This document shows, one piece after another, positions 34,662-44,890 of a DNA stretch of 64,000 nt. The stretch comes from Bacteroidaceae bacterium (GTDB lineage: Bacteria > Bacteroidota > Bacteroidia > Bacteroidales > Bacteroidaceae), in NCBI GenBank assembly GCA_024688885.1, contig JAILDV010000003.1:3668-67667 (forward strand), in the 5' to 3' direction. The notes beneath the pieces are model-generated. The model did no database searches. It worked only from the letters and a program-made list of their open reading frames with translations, and had not been told where the DNA came from. The stretch's first letter is position 1; every line of letters begins with the position of its first letter. The position numbers were made by a program, and so were the translations under genes.

Positions 34662-37436
34662 TCATCCAAAGAAATTTGGCTTGCGTTGACGGGCTTCTTC
34701 CAAACTGACCATGCCGGACTCCCCTTCTGCTTTCCCTGCACGGAGTTCGGCATACTTTTTGTCCAATTCATCGGTCAATTCGGCTCTTGTGTCGGGATTG
34801 AGCAGACGGGCGCTGGCGATGACATTCTGCGAGGCATCCTTCATCCACAGCACGGGACCATGATAAACAGGAGAAATCTTGAGGGCGGTATGGAGTTCGC
34901 TGGTCGTGGCTCCACCAATCATGATGGGGATATTTGCTCCACGTTCTTCAAGGGCGCGTGCCACATTCACCATCTCTTCTAACGAAGGGGTGATAAGACC
35001 AGAAAGTCCGATGATATCGACTTTTTCTTCGATGGCTTTTTCCACAATCGTCTCCGTAGGCACCATCACACCGAGGTCAATGATTTCGTAGTTGTTGCAG
35101 GCGAGAATCACGTTCACAATGTTCTTGCCGATGTCATGCACATCGCCTTTCACAGTCGCTAACAACACCCTTCCAGCCTTCTGTGCCCCTTCGGAACGGC
35201 TTGCCTCAATGAGTGGTTGCAAAATGCTCACAGCCTTCTTCATTGTACGTGCCGTCTTCACCACTTGTGGCAAAAACATCTTGCCCGCACCAAAGAGTTC
35301 TCCCACCGTATTCATGGCATCCATGAGAGGACCTTCAATAATCTTGACAGGATTGTCGTAGAGTTGTGCCGCCTCGTCCAAGTCGGTTTCCAGATAATCA
35401 CCCACACCCTTCACTAAAGCATGCTTCAAGCGCTCCTCCACCGTACCGTTTCGCCAATCATCTGCCGATGTCTTTGGTAAAACACCACCATTTTTAAGTG
35501 CTTCCTTTTCAGCATCTTTCTCTGCTTTTATTCGAGTAGCGATTTCAATCAGTCTTTCCGTTGCACCGGCATCACGGTTGAGCAGCACATCATCAATCGC
35601 CGTCAGCACATCTTCGGGGATGTCGCTATACAGCACCTGTGTGGCAGGATTGACGATACCCATATCCTGTCCCTTTCCGATGGTATGATACAAGAACACT
35701 GCATGCATCGCCTCACGGATGTAGTTGTTGCCCCTGAATGAGAACGAAAGGTTGCTGATACCACCCGACACGTGCGCTCCTGGCAGGTTCTTGCGAATCC
35801 ACTCAGTAGCGCGGATGAAGTCAAGTCCGTAAGCATTGTGCTCCTCCATACCCGTTGCCACCGCCAACACATTGGGGTCAAAGATGATGTCAAGCGGGTT
35901 GAAACCCACCTTGTCCACCAGCAGATGATAGGCACGTTCGCATATTTCAATCTTCCGTTCATAAGAAGTTGCCTGACCTTGTTCGTCAAATGCCATCACC
36001 ACCGTCGCAGCACCCAACCGTTTGATTTCACGGGCTTTCTCAAGGAACTTCTCCTCCCCTTCCTTCAGCGAAATGCTGTTCACGATGCTCTTACCCTGCA
36101 CACACTTCAAACCAGCCGTAATCACCTCCCAATCGCTGGAGTCAATCATCACCGGCACCTTCGCAATGTCAGGGTCGCTCATCAGCAGATTGAGGAATGT
36201 CACCATCTCACGTTTGGCATCCAAGAGTCCGTCGTCCATGTTGACATCAATGACCAAAGCCCCATCTTCCACTTGCTTTCTTGCGATAGAAAGAGCTTCT
36301 TCATAGTTCTTTTCGTTGATGAGCCGCAGGAACTTGCGCGAACCAGCCACATTGCAGCGTTCACCCACATTCACGAAACGGCGTTCGGGAGTGAGTTCCA
36401 ACAGCTCTAATCCGCTCAGCCACATGTTCTTGGGTTTCTCCACAGGCACATGCGGTTTCTTCCCTTCAACAATTGCTGGATAAAGTTCGATGAATTTTTC
36501 CGTTGTTCCACAGCAACCGCCCAAGATGTTCACCAGCCCTTCTTCCACATACTCCCTCACCTGCTCCGCCATCATGTCAGGCGTTTGGTCATAAAGTCCC
36601 AACGAATTGGGCAATCCAGCATTCGGGTGAGCAGAGATATAATAAGGTGCCTTATCTGCCAATGCTTTCAAGAAAGGCTTCAGTTGTCGTGCACCAAACG
36701 AGCAGTTCAAACCTATGGAGAAGATGTCGGCATGCTGCACACTTGCTAAAAACGCCTCCAGCGTCTGACCGGAAAGCGTGCGTCCAGCGGTATCGCTCAC
36801 CGTAATGGAGAGCATCAGAGGCACACGGATTTTAGTCGATTCCATCGCCTTTTCCGCCGCATAGATGGCAGCTTTGGCATTGAGCGAATCAAAGATGGTT
36901 TCTATCAAGAGTGCGTCCACGCCACCCTCCAGAAGTGCTTCCATCTGCTCCACATAGGCAGCCACCAATTCGTCGTAAGTGAGGCTACGCAAAGCAGGGT
37001 TGTTCACATCGGGCGAAATGCTCAGCGTCTTGTTGGTTGGTCCTACATCACCCAACACAAAACGCGGTTTCATCGGAGTTTCTCGGGTGTATTCATCAGC
37101 CAACTGACGGGCAATCCTTGCACCAGCCAAGTTCATCTCACGGCAATACTCCTGCACATTATAGTCAGCCATCGACACTCGCTGAGAGGAGAAAGTGCAG
37201 GTGGTGATCAAGTCAGCCCCAGCTTCCAGATACTTCCTGTGGATGTCGGCAATCACGTCAGGACGAGTCAGGCAAAGGATGTCGTTGTTGCCCTTCATCA
37301 ATCCTGGCACCTCTTTGAACCGTTCGCCTCTGAAGTCCTCCTCCAAAAGTCCGTACTGCTGAATCATGGTGCCCATCGCACCGTCCAGCACAAGTATCCG
37401 TTGTTTGATGATGTCGTGTATCTTCACCATTCGCAC
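34662..37436 (-). CDS. metH: cobalamin-dependent methionine synthase (short form, no AdoMet reactivation domain)
   Basis: 924 aa with Hcy-binding, pterin-binding and B12-binding (GDVHDIGKN) modules in order. The protein ends ~70 aa after the B12 domain. Confidence 0.95.
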   Translation of the reverse strand: MRMVKIHDIIKQRILVLDGAMGTMIQQYGLLEEDFRGERFKEVPGLMKGNNDILCLTRPDVIADIHRKYLEAGADLITTCTFSSQRVSMADYNVQEYCREMNLAGARIARQLADEYTRETPMKPRFVLGDVGPTNKTLSISPDVNNPALRSLTYDELVAAYVEQMEALLEGGVDALLIETIFDSLNAKAAIYAAEKAMESTKIRVPLMLSITVSDTAGRTLSGQTLEAFLASVQHADIFSIGLNCSFGARQLKPFLKALADKAPYYISAHPNAGLPNSLGLYDQTPDMMAEQVREYVEEGLVNILGGCCGTTEKFIELYPAIVEGKKPHVPVEKPKNMWLSGLELLELTPERRFVNVGERCNVAGSRKFLRLINEKNYEEALSIARKQVEDGALVIDVNMDDGLLDAKREMVTFLNLLMSDPDIAKVPVMIDSSDWEVITAGLKCVQGKSIVNSISLKEGEEKFLEKAREIKRLGAATVVMAFDEQGQATSYERKIEICERAYHLLVDKVGFNPLDIIFDPNVLAVATGMEEHNAYGLDFIRATEWIRKNLPGAHVSGGISNLSFSFRGNNYIREAMHAVFLYHTIGKGQDMGIVNPATQVLYSDIPEDVLTAIDDVLLNRDAGATERLIEIATRIKAEKDAEKEALKNGGVLPKTSADDWRNGTVEERLKHALVKGVGDYLETDLDEAAQLYDNPVKIIEGPLMDAMNTVGELFGAGKMFLPQVVKTARTMKKAVSILQPLIEASRSEGAQKAGRVLLATVKGDVHDIGKNIVNVILACNNYEIIDLGVMVPTETIVEKAIEEKVDIIGLSGLITPSLEEMVNVARALEERGANIPIMIGGATTSELHTALKISPVYHGPVLWMKDASQNVIASARLLNPDTRAELTDELDKKYAELRAGKAEGESGMVSLEEARQRKPNFFG

Positions 37437-37443
37437 ATCGTTT

Positions 37444-37923
37444 TTAACTTATAAAATTCTTCTTTGCCCTGTCTATTTCCCGTCTATCCTCTTTCTCCTT
37501 CAATGTCTGTCGCTTGTCATATTCTTTCTTTCCTCGCGCCAACGCAATGTCCAGTTTTGCCAAACCTTTCTCGTTGATAAACAGACGGACAGGCACGATG
37601 GTGAAGCCCGGAGCCTTCGTGTCCTCCTGCAAGTTGCGGATTTCCTTTCGGTTCAGGAGCAGTTTCCGTTCCCTGCGCTCCACATGGTTGTTGTAGGAAC
37701 CTTCGGAATAAAGAGCCACATACATGTTCTTCACCCAAATCTCCCCATTATTGATATAGCAATAGGTGTCCACGAGGCTCGCTTTGCCTGCACGTATGCT
37801 CTTGATTTCCGTACCCGTCAAGACAATGCCTGCCGTGAAGGTGTCGATGAATTCGTAATCAAACGACGCCCTCTTATTTTTGATATTCACCTGCTGATTC
37901 TTTGCTATCTTCTTCTTTGCCAT
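37444..37923 (-). CDS. smpB: SsrA-binding protein SmpB
   Basis: Has ..[29 protein letters not shown]... I prefer Met 37923 (MAKKKIAKN), which avoids overlap with the upstream gene. Confidence 0.9.
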   Translation of the reverse strand: MAKKKIAKNQQVNIKNKRASFDYEFIDTFTAGIVLTGTEIKSIRAGKASLVDTYCYINNGEIWVKNMYVALYSEGSYNNHVERRERKLLLNRKEIRNLQEDTKAPGFTIVPVRLFINEKGLAKLDIALARGKKEYDKRQTLKEKEDRREIDRAKKNFIS

Positions 37924-37927
37924 AATC

Positions 37928-38449
37928 TTACACATACTTATCCAAATTCTCCACTATCATCTTCGCCACTGCTGGGGTCACCTCCTCCTGATGCTCGTCA
38001 AGAAAGTCGTCACCCAACTCGTTCAGTTCTTCCAACTGCTCATACATTGCCATGAAATCCTCGTCGCTCATGTCTTGTGAAAGTTCCTCTTGATGCTTGT
38101 GGTACTCCTTTTTCACCTCATACAACAGTTTCGAGAAGTCCTTCATCACCTTCTCCTGACCTTCCACACTTCCCCACTCCTTCTTCACCACCATCGGGAA
38201 CGGGCCTTCCAGCACATAAGGTGCATAACCGTTCATGATTAGCTGAATGAATCCGCCCTCCATCACTTCGTCAAGCACATAGCGATAGCACAACACAGCG
38301 TGTTGCTCTGCACTCAGCATGTCCATGTTCTCGGCAGTCAATCCACCACCAATTGCCGCCAGATACCCATCTGTCACCCATTCGATGAAGGCGATGCTAT
38401 CCAGCGTTTCATACTTCTTCTGTGCCTCTTGCTTGTCCAAATGTACCAT
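37928..38449 (-). CDS. DMP19/DUF4375-like protein
   Basis: Has ..[14 protein letters not shown]... A TACCTTTG box on the minus strand at ~38468-38480 supports Met 38449 rather than 38524. Confidence 0.6.
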   Translation of the reverse strand: MVHLDKQEAQKKYETLDSIAFIEWVTDGYLAAIGGGLTAENMDMLSAEQHAVLCYRYVLDEVMEGGFIQLIMNGYAPYVLEGPFPMVVKKEWGSVEGQEKVMKDFSKLLYEVKKEYHKHQEELSQDMSDEDFMAMYEQLEELNELGDDFLDEHQEEVTPAVAKMIVENLDKYV

Positions 38450-38638
38450 TGTTGTAGCTTTTAAGGATGCAAAGGTACGTTTTCTTTCCCAAATCATCAA
38501 AAACTTGCCACATAAAGTGGACAAGAAAGCGGTTGTTTTGTGTTTTTCCTCTATAAATTTGGGTATCTATCAAAATCGTCGTATATTTGTGGTGAGTTTT
38601 ACTACTAAAAAGTTTTTATCACCCCAAACAAAACGATA

Positions 38639-39394
38639 ATGAAAAAGACAACTTACATTTGGGCATGTGGATTGGTACTTCCCCTGCTTTTCTGCAGTTG
38701 CAACAACAAGAATGCTGCCGAAAATGGTGGCGAAGAAGACTCGACGGCTGTTGCTCTCGTAAGTGAGCAACCAACAGATGACGAAACATCCGCTGATGAA
38801 TCCAGCAACAAAGCATCGGTTTTCGAAGACTGGTCAACCCGTCCCATCACGGTGAAGACCGAAGGCGGCAAGGTGGACATCCATGCTTTTGCCAAGGCAT
38901 TCTGCCAAGAATATTCGGCGGCTGAGCCTTGTGCTAAGATGCTTTCCTATTTTAAGAATCCTACCGATTTCGAGAAACCGGAGGAAGTGTTCTTTGTAAA
39001 GGACTATCCAAAGAACGGCTATATCGCTTGCGACTGGAGATTCGAGTCTGTCAATAACGTGACATTATGCTATTGGAATCGCAAGAACGGGCACCAACTG
39101 GTAGGTGTGACAACTGAGTGTGGCATGGAAGGAGAAGGAATGATGGGTCAGTACATGTTTTACGATTATGACAAGGCAACAGGACTCATGACACCAGACA
39201 TGAACGTTGTGAAAGTGTTTGACGAACTTGCCGCCTCATACGAGGACATCGTCCTGTATCTGCCCGAAGAAGGCAAAGACATCGTCGTGTACGCTTTCAA
39301 CTATGGCGACGACGAAGAATCGGAAGATGACGACACATTAGATTCTTACAGCGGAAAGTGGGACGGCACGTCCTTCTCCATCGTAAAGGAGTGA
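38639..39394 (+). CDS. hypothetical lipoprotein
   Basis: 251 aa with signal/lipobox ..LPLLFCSCNN. Confidence 0.7.
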   Translation: MKKTTYIWACGLVLPLLFCSCNNKNAAENGGEEDSTAVALVSEQPTDDETSADESSNKASVFEDWSTRPITVKTEGGKVDIHAFAKAFCQEYSAAEPCAKMLSYFKNPTDFEKPEEVFFVKDYPKNGYIACDWRFESVNNVTLCYWNRKNGHQLVGVTTECGMEGEGMMGQYMFYDYDKATGLMTPDMNVVKVFDELAASYEDIVLYLPEEGKDIVVYAFNYGDDEESEDDDTLDSYSGKWDGTSFSIVKE

Positions 39395-39518
39395 ACAAAG
39401 CATTAAGGCATCACATAAGGCGACGCTCACTCTCGTCGTTGTCCAAGAACAATACGTCCCTTTTACTTTTCTCAATTTTCGCAATCAAAAAAGATCCAAG
39501 AAGAGATGAAATCCTTGC

Positions 39519-39645
39519 AATAGTGCAAAGTTTGTCGCAAAACTTTGCACTATTCCAATGGATGCAACTCGTTTGTGGGCAAGACTTACGTTCGTTTACG
39601 GGCAAGACTTACGTTCGTTTGTGAGGAACACTTGCATGCGCGAGT
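39519..39645 (-). repeat. composite element copy L1: 14-bp perfect hairpin plus 23-bp tandem repeats
   Basis: AATAGTGCAAAGTT (39519..39532) pairs with AACTTTGCACTATT (39541..39554). Units of GGGCAAGACTTACGTTCGTTTNN lie at 39577..39599 and 39600..39622, followed by a degenerate third unit. Confidence 0.7.
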
Positions 39646-39825
39646 GGAAGTCACTTAAATTCACCATTTCCGAATCAACAATATTAGCTTAGAGATTAGA
39701 GTGTAGAGCCAAGAATTATGAGATGAGAGATACAGGTAACTATTCATCTTTTATATATGATTTAGCAAAGCGCATCTTTCCAACCTTTTTTCACTCTTTC
39801 ATTTTCCATTCTTAAAAGTTTTTTG

Positions 39826-39833
39826 TACCTTTG
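39826..39833 (+). promoter_or_regulatory. -7 box TACCTTTG
   Basis: Matches the Bacteroidota TAnnTTTG consensus and lies 23 nt upstream of the ATG at 39856. Confidence 0.5.
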
Positions 39834-39855
39834 CAAAATCTTAAAGACTTAGTAC

Positions 39856-40326
39856 ATGAATAATACTGAAAAGGACCGATTGCCTCATCCACTTGTGGCT
39901 CTCATTCCTGTTGTTATGCTCATTGTTTTCTTGGGCACAGCTCACAACCGATTCACCCTTGTTGGCACCACCGCTTGCTCAGGACTCTTCCTCAACATCA
40001 CCACGGGTGACCAATTCTTCTCCATCGTTCTCACTGCCGACATGTACCGAAACGCCTACCGTCAGCAGGGCTGCGAATCCCGCCTCCTCAGTCGCACCAC
40101 CGAAGATGTTGCCACAGTCACCTCAGTCCTCATTCCTTGGAGCACCTGCGGAATGACTCAAGCAGCTGTCCTCGGAATTCCCACACTTGTCTATCTCCCC
40201 TACTGCTTCTTCAATATCATCAGCCCCCTCATGACCTTGCTCGTGGCTGCTATAGGTTGGAAAATCTACAGAACTCCACCTACCGAGGCGTTAGAGAATG
40301 AAGAAAAGAAGGAAATGACAGAATAA
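39856..40326 (+). pseudogene. internally deleted NhaC-family antiporter remnant
   Basis: 156 aa. An N-terminal TM start (..LPHPLVALIPVVMLIVFLG) is joined to the C-terminal ~120 aa typical of NhaC (..TGDQFFSIVLTADMYRNAYRQQGCESRLLSRTTEDVATVTSVLIPWSTCG..). Intact family members in this window are ~420 and 545 aa. Confidence 0.6.
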
Positions 40327-40372
40327 AAATGTGAGGGTATGTCAAAAAAAGGCGTATCCTCACATTTGTTTC
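40327..40372 (+). terminator. hairpin terminator
   Basis: AAATGTGAGG (40327..40336) pairs with CCTCACATTT (40358..40367). Confidence 0.6.
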
Positions 40373-40545
40373 AGGGGTAAAAGTATATTTTTATAAAAAA
40401 ATCAGCAAAATAATGATTGTTCTTTGAAAAAATATTTATCTTTGCAAATGAAATCTGTTTTTCCAACCTAAGTGACACCTGTGAGACCAAGAGAAGGAAA
40501 GACATTTTGTGAAGCACATACATAACAACCTAAATTTAATGATAT

Positions 40546-41679
40546 ATGAACAAAACTTATTTTTCTAAGTGGACCTTGGTAATTGGCGCAGTGGTCGGTG
40601 GATTGACCTCATGCGGACTGGATATCCCTGAGGAGACACAAACATCGTTTGAAACGATGACTGTTAAAAAAACAGATGTTGAGATTCCTGCTAAGTTTAG
40701 TGCCAAGATGAAAGGTCAGGCTGACGTGAATATCATGCCGCAGGTAAGTGGTCAGCTGATGAAAATCTATGTGAGTGAAGGTCAGCAAGTGAAAGTGGGA
40801 CAAACACTCTTTGTCATTGACTCGCGCAATGCCCAACTGGAACTGGAAGCTGCCCAGGCTAATTTGCAGGCAGCTTTGGCTCAGGAAAACTCGGCTAAGC
40901 TGGAGTTTGACTCCAACAAAAACCTATTTGAAAAGAAGATTGTGAGCAGCTACATGCTCGAAAACTCGCAAAACACCTATCGCCAAGCTCAGGCTTCGGT
41001 GGCTCAAGCCCGTGCCGCTGTGAACCGCGCAAAGGTGAATCTTGGTTTCTGCACCATTAAGGCTCCTGTTTCGGGCATTATCGGAGAGATTCCTGTACGT
41101 GGTGGCGATCAGGTGACACCTATGACTCAACTGACTGTGCTGAGTGGTAACACAACGATGGAGGCAGAGTTCTCGGTGACAGAAGCTATCGTTGAGGCCA
41201 TGGTGCAGGAGGGCATCAATGCGGAAGACAAGGAGAAGTATATTGCCAATTTGCCTGAGGCAACTTTCGTGATGAAGAATGGTACAGAGTATCCTCACAA
41301 AGGTCGTGTCACCAGCCTGACAGGTGTGGTGAATGCTGCTACTGGTTCGTTGACCTGCAAGGTGTCGTTCCCCAACCCCGATGGACATTTGTACTCTGGT
41401 GTGCAGGGCATAATCGTGCTGCCATTTGTGGAAAAAGACGTAATTGTCATTCCACAGCATGCAGTAGTACGTTTGCAGGACAAATCATTGGTTTACAAAG
41501 TGCAGGCTGACAGTACCGCAACTGGCATCGACGTGACAACACAAGATGTCGGCAATGGTAAGGACTACGTTGTGACTAGCGGTCTGAAAGTGGGTGACAA
41601 GATTGTGACCGTCGGCGCCAATAACGTAAGTGAGGGGCAGAAGGTACTGTTTCCCGAACAAGCAAAGAGTGAAAAGTGA
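40546..41679 (+). CDS. RND efflux periplasmic adaptor (MFP) subunit
   Basis: 377 aa with a lipoprotein-like N-terminus, a coiled-coil hairpin region (..LELEAAQANLQAALAQ..) and ..CTIKAPVSGIIGE... Confidence 0.9.
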   Translation: MNKTYFSKWTLVIGAVVGGLTSCGLDIPEETQTSFETMTVKKTDVEIPAKFSAKMKGQADVNIMPQVSGQLMKIYVSEGQQVKVGQTLFVIDSRNAQLELEAAQANLQAALAQENSAKLEFDSNKNLFEKKIVSSYMLENSQNTYRQAQASVAQARAAVNRAKVNLGFCTIKAPVSGIIGEIPVRGGDQVTPMTQLTVLSGNTTMEAEFSVTEAIVEAMVQEGINAEDKEKYIANLPEATFVMKNGTEYPHKGRVTSLTGVVNAATGSLTCKVSFPNPDGHLYSGVQGIIVLPFVEKDVIVIPQHAVVRLQDKSLVYKVQADSTATGIDVTTQDVGNGKDYVVTSGLKVGDKIVTVGANNVSEGQKVLFPEQAKSEK

Positions 41680-41704
41680 TTTGTGAATAATTTGCTTCTG
41701 TATT

Positions 41705-44700
41705 ATGAAGAACAATATATTTATCAACAAATACGTGATGGCATGTGCCATCTCGATTGTGATTGCGCTGGTGGGTTACATCTCGATGAACTCGCTGCCA
41801 GTGGAGCAATATCCTGACATTGCACCGCCAACGGTGCTTGTCTCCACCACTTATTCGGGTGCCGACGAGAACACCATCATGAAGTCCGTCATCCAGCCGC
41901 TCGAAGAGGCAATCAATGGTGTGACTGACATGACTTACATGACCTCAAAAGCCTCATCCAATGGTTATGTCAGCATCAATGTGTATTTTAAGCAGGGAGT
42001 GGATGCCGACATGGCAGCTGTGAATGTACAAAACCGCGTGACCCGCGCACAAGCCCTCCTGCCTGCCGATGTGAACAAGGTGGGTATAACGGTGCAGAAG
42101 ATGCAGAGTAACATCCTGCAGATTTTTGCCGTGAAGAGTGTGGATGGCAAGTACGACGAGGACTTTATCTCGAACTATGTTGACATCAACATTAAGCCGC
42201 GTCTGATGCGTATCCCTGGCGTGGGTAACGTGCAGAGTCTTGGTAACACTTACGCCCTGCGTATCTGGCTGAAACCTGACGTGATGGCTCAGTATGGCTT
42301 GACACCTAACGAAGTGTTTGCGGCCATCGGTGGACAGAGTTTCGTGGCTGCCACGGGTTCATTAGGTGAACAGTCGGAAAACTCCTACCAGTACTCGATG
42401 CAGTACAAGGGTACACTGAAGAGCGTGGAGGAGTTCAACGACATCGTGTTGCGTACCAGCGATGGTGGTCACATGCTGCATTTGAGCGATGTGGCAGAGG
42501 TGAAGATTGGTGCCATGAGTTACAACTACACCTCAAACATCCAAGACCGTCCGGGTGCCCTCTTCATGGTGTTCCAAGCACCAGGCGCTAACGCCACCGA
42601 GGTGAATGCCCGCATCAACAAAACTTGTGAGGAGATGAAGGCAACGATGCCTGCTGGATTGGAGTTCGTGACGATGATGACCAGTGATGACTTCCTCTTT
42701 GCCGCTATCCATAATGTGGTGGAGACGTTGATCATCGCCATCATCCTCGTGATTCTCGTGGTGTTTTTCTTCCTTCAAAATTTCAAAGCCACTATCATTC
42801 CTTCCATTTCGATTATCGTGTCACTGTTGGGCACATTCGCAGTCGTCTCCTTGGCAGGCTTCTCGCTCAACATCCTGACACTGTTCGCCCTTGTGCTGGC
42901 CATCGGAACCGTGGTGGACGATGCCATTGTGGTGGTCGAAGCTGTGATGGCGAAAATGGAGGGTGGTATCAGCGATGCACGTGAAGCCACCCGTCAGGCA
43001 ATGAGTGAAGTGTCTGTGGCTGTTGTCTCCTGTACCTTGGTGTTCATGGCGGTGTTCATCCCCGTGACCTTCATGCCTGGCACATCCGGTACATTCTTCA
43101 CACAGTTCGGCGTGACGATTGCATCTTCCGTAGGTCTGTCCTGCGTGTCTGCTTTGACGCTCTGCCCTGCCCTCTGCGCTATCATGATGAGGATGGAGCA
43201 AGGCAAGAAGGAAGGCAAGAGCCTGACCTACTATACGAAGAAGGCCTATACGGTGAGTTACAATGCCATCTACAACAAGTATGCAAAGAGCGTTCAGAAG
43301 TTCATCAAACGCCCTGTGCTTGCATGGAGCCTGTTGGTGGTTGCAGCCATTCTGTTCGCGTTCTTTATGAAGAACTTGCCGTCAGGTCTCGTTCCACAGG
43401 AAGACCAAGGCGTATTCTTGGCAGAGATTCGTGTGCCTGAAGGTACCACCTTGCAGCAGACCCGTGAGATTGTGAAGAAAGTGGAAGCCAAAGTGAAAAA
43501 GATTCCAGAGCTGGAGAGCTTTGCAGTATGCTGCGGTTATGGTATGGTATCTGGTGAAGGTTCGAATTTTGCCACGCTGATTGTTCGTCTGAAGAATTGG
43601 GACGAACGTCCAGGTATGAACCACATGATAGACCTCGTCATCGCTCGTTTCTATTATGACTGTATGGACATCAAGAACGTGCAGGTGCTGCCGTTCCAGA
43701 TGCCACAGATTCCTGGATATGGTACGAGTAACAGTGTGAATCTGGTGGTGGAAGACCCCACCGACGGCAATATGTCGGAATTTGCCAAAAAGACCGAGCA
43801 TTTCCTGAACAAGCTGGCAGAACGTCCAGAGATTGGTTCCGCCATGTCATCTTACTCTGAGCGTTATCCCAAGTATCAAGTTGATGTTGATGCTGTTCAG
43901 TGTGACCGCGCTGGTGTGTCGCCAGCAGAAGTGCTCAACACGCTCGGTGCCTTCTGCGGTGGATCCTATATCGGAAACTTTAACCAGTTCGGTAAGGTCT
44001 ATCGTATCATGGCATGTGCTTCTCCAGAATATCGTCTCGACCCATCCTCACTGCAAAACATCTTCGTGCAGGTGAAGGGTGGCAAGATGGCACCTATCGC
44101 TGAGTTTGTCACATTGAAAGAGATTGTGGGTCCTTCGAACATCGAACACTTCAACCTGTTCCAAAGCATCACTTGCTTCGTCACTGCAGGTAGTGGTTAC
44201 ACCGAAGGTGACGCTCACAACGCTATCGCCGAGGTGTTTAAGCAGGAGATGCCTTCTACTGCCACTTATGAGTACAGCGGTATGTCTCGTGAGTTGGAGG
44301 AGACTTCCGGCTCTAATGCCACGGCACTCATCTATGTCATTTGCGCCGTTCTGATTTATCTCATTCTGGCATCTCTCTACAACTCATGGTTCACCCCAAT
44401 GGCTGTGCTCCTGAGTGTGCCTTTCGGACTGATGGGTGCTTTCTTATTCGCCTACTTCGGTTCACTGCTCCATCTGCCAGGCATGGACAACAACATCTAC
44501 CTGCAGACGGGTGTCATCATGTTGATTGGTTTGCTTGCCAAGACAGCCATTCTGATAACGGAGTTCGCTTCTGAACGTCGTGCACAAGGACTGAGCATTG
44601 TCGATGCAGCCTTCGAGGCATGTAAAGAACGTCTGCGTCCTATCCTCATGACGGTGGTGACGATGATTGCAGGTATGATACCGCTCATCATCGAAGGCGG

Positions 44701-44857
44701 TGCAGGAGCCAACGGAAACCGCGCCCTCGCTCTTGGCGTGGTGGGTGGTATGACGGTGGGCACTATTGCCCTGCTGTTTGTGGTACCAGCCTTCTTCATT
44801 GTGTTCCAGAAGTTACATGAGAAGTTCCAAGGTAAAACACAGAACGCTGAATCTTGA
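41705..44857 (+). CDS. RND efflux permease (AcrB-like)
   Basis: 1050 aa with a 12-TM AcrB/HAE1 architecture (..LPVEQYPDIAPPTV.., ..VVDDAIVVVE..). Confidence 0.95.
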   Translation: MKNNIFINKYVMACAISIVIALVGYISMNSLPVEQYPDIAPPTVLVSTTYSGADENTIMKSVIQPLEEAINGVTDMTYMTSKASSNGYVSINVYFKQGVDADMAAVNVQNRVTRAQALLPADVNKVGITVQKMQSNILQIFAVKSVDGKYDEDFISNYVDINIKPRLMRIPGVGNVQSLGNTYALRIWLKPDVMAQYGLTPNEVFAAIGGQSFVAATGSLGEQSENSYQYSMQYKGTLKSVEEFNDIVLRTSDGGHMLHLSDVAEVKIGAMSYNYTSNIQDRPGALFMVFQAPGANATEVNARINKTCEEMKATMPAGLEFVTMMTSDDFLFAAIHNVVETLIIAIILVILVVFFFLQNFKATIIPSISIIVSLLGTFAVVSLAGFSLNILTLFALVLAIGTVVDDAIVVVEAVMAKMEGGISDAREATRQAMSEVSVAVVSCTLVFMAVFIPVTFMPGTSGTFFTQFGVTIASSVGLSCVSALTLCPALCAIMMRMEQGKKEGKSLTYYTKKAYTVSYNAIYNKYAKSVQKFIKRPVLAWSLLVVAAILFAFFMKNLPSGLVPQEDQGVFLAEIRVPEGTTLQQTREIVKKVEAKVKKIPELESFAVCCGYGMVSGEGSNFATLIVRLKNWDERPGMNHMIDLVIARFYYDCMDIKNVQVLPFQMPQIPGYGTSNSVNLVVEDPTDGNMSEFAKKTEHFLNKLAERPEIGSAMSSYSERYPKYQVDVDAVQCDRAGVSPAEVLNTLGAFCGGSYIGNFNQFGKVYRIMACASPEYRLDPSSLQNIFVQVKGGKMAPIAEFVTLKEIVGPSNIEHFNLFQSITCFVTAGSGYTEGDAHNAIAEVFKQEMPSTATYEYSGMSRELEETSGSNATALIYVICAVLIYLILASLYNSWFTPMAVLLSVPFGLMGAFLFAYFGSLLHLPGMDNNIYLQTGVIMLIGLLAKTAILITEFASERRAQGLSIVDAAFEACKERLRPILMTVVTMIAGMIPLIIEGGAGANGNRALALGVVGGMTVGTIALLFVVPAFFIVFQKLHEKFQGKTQNAES

Positions 44858-44890
44858 TCTCGATGAAGTTAAACTGAAAACGAGTAAGTT

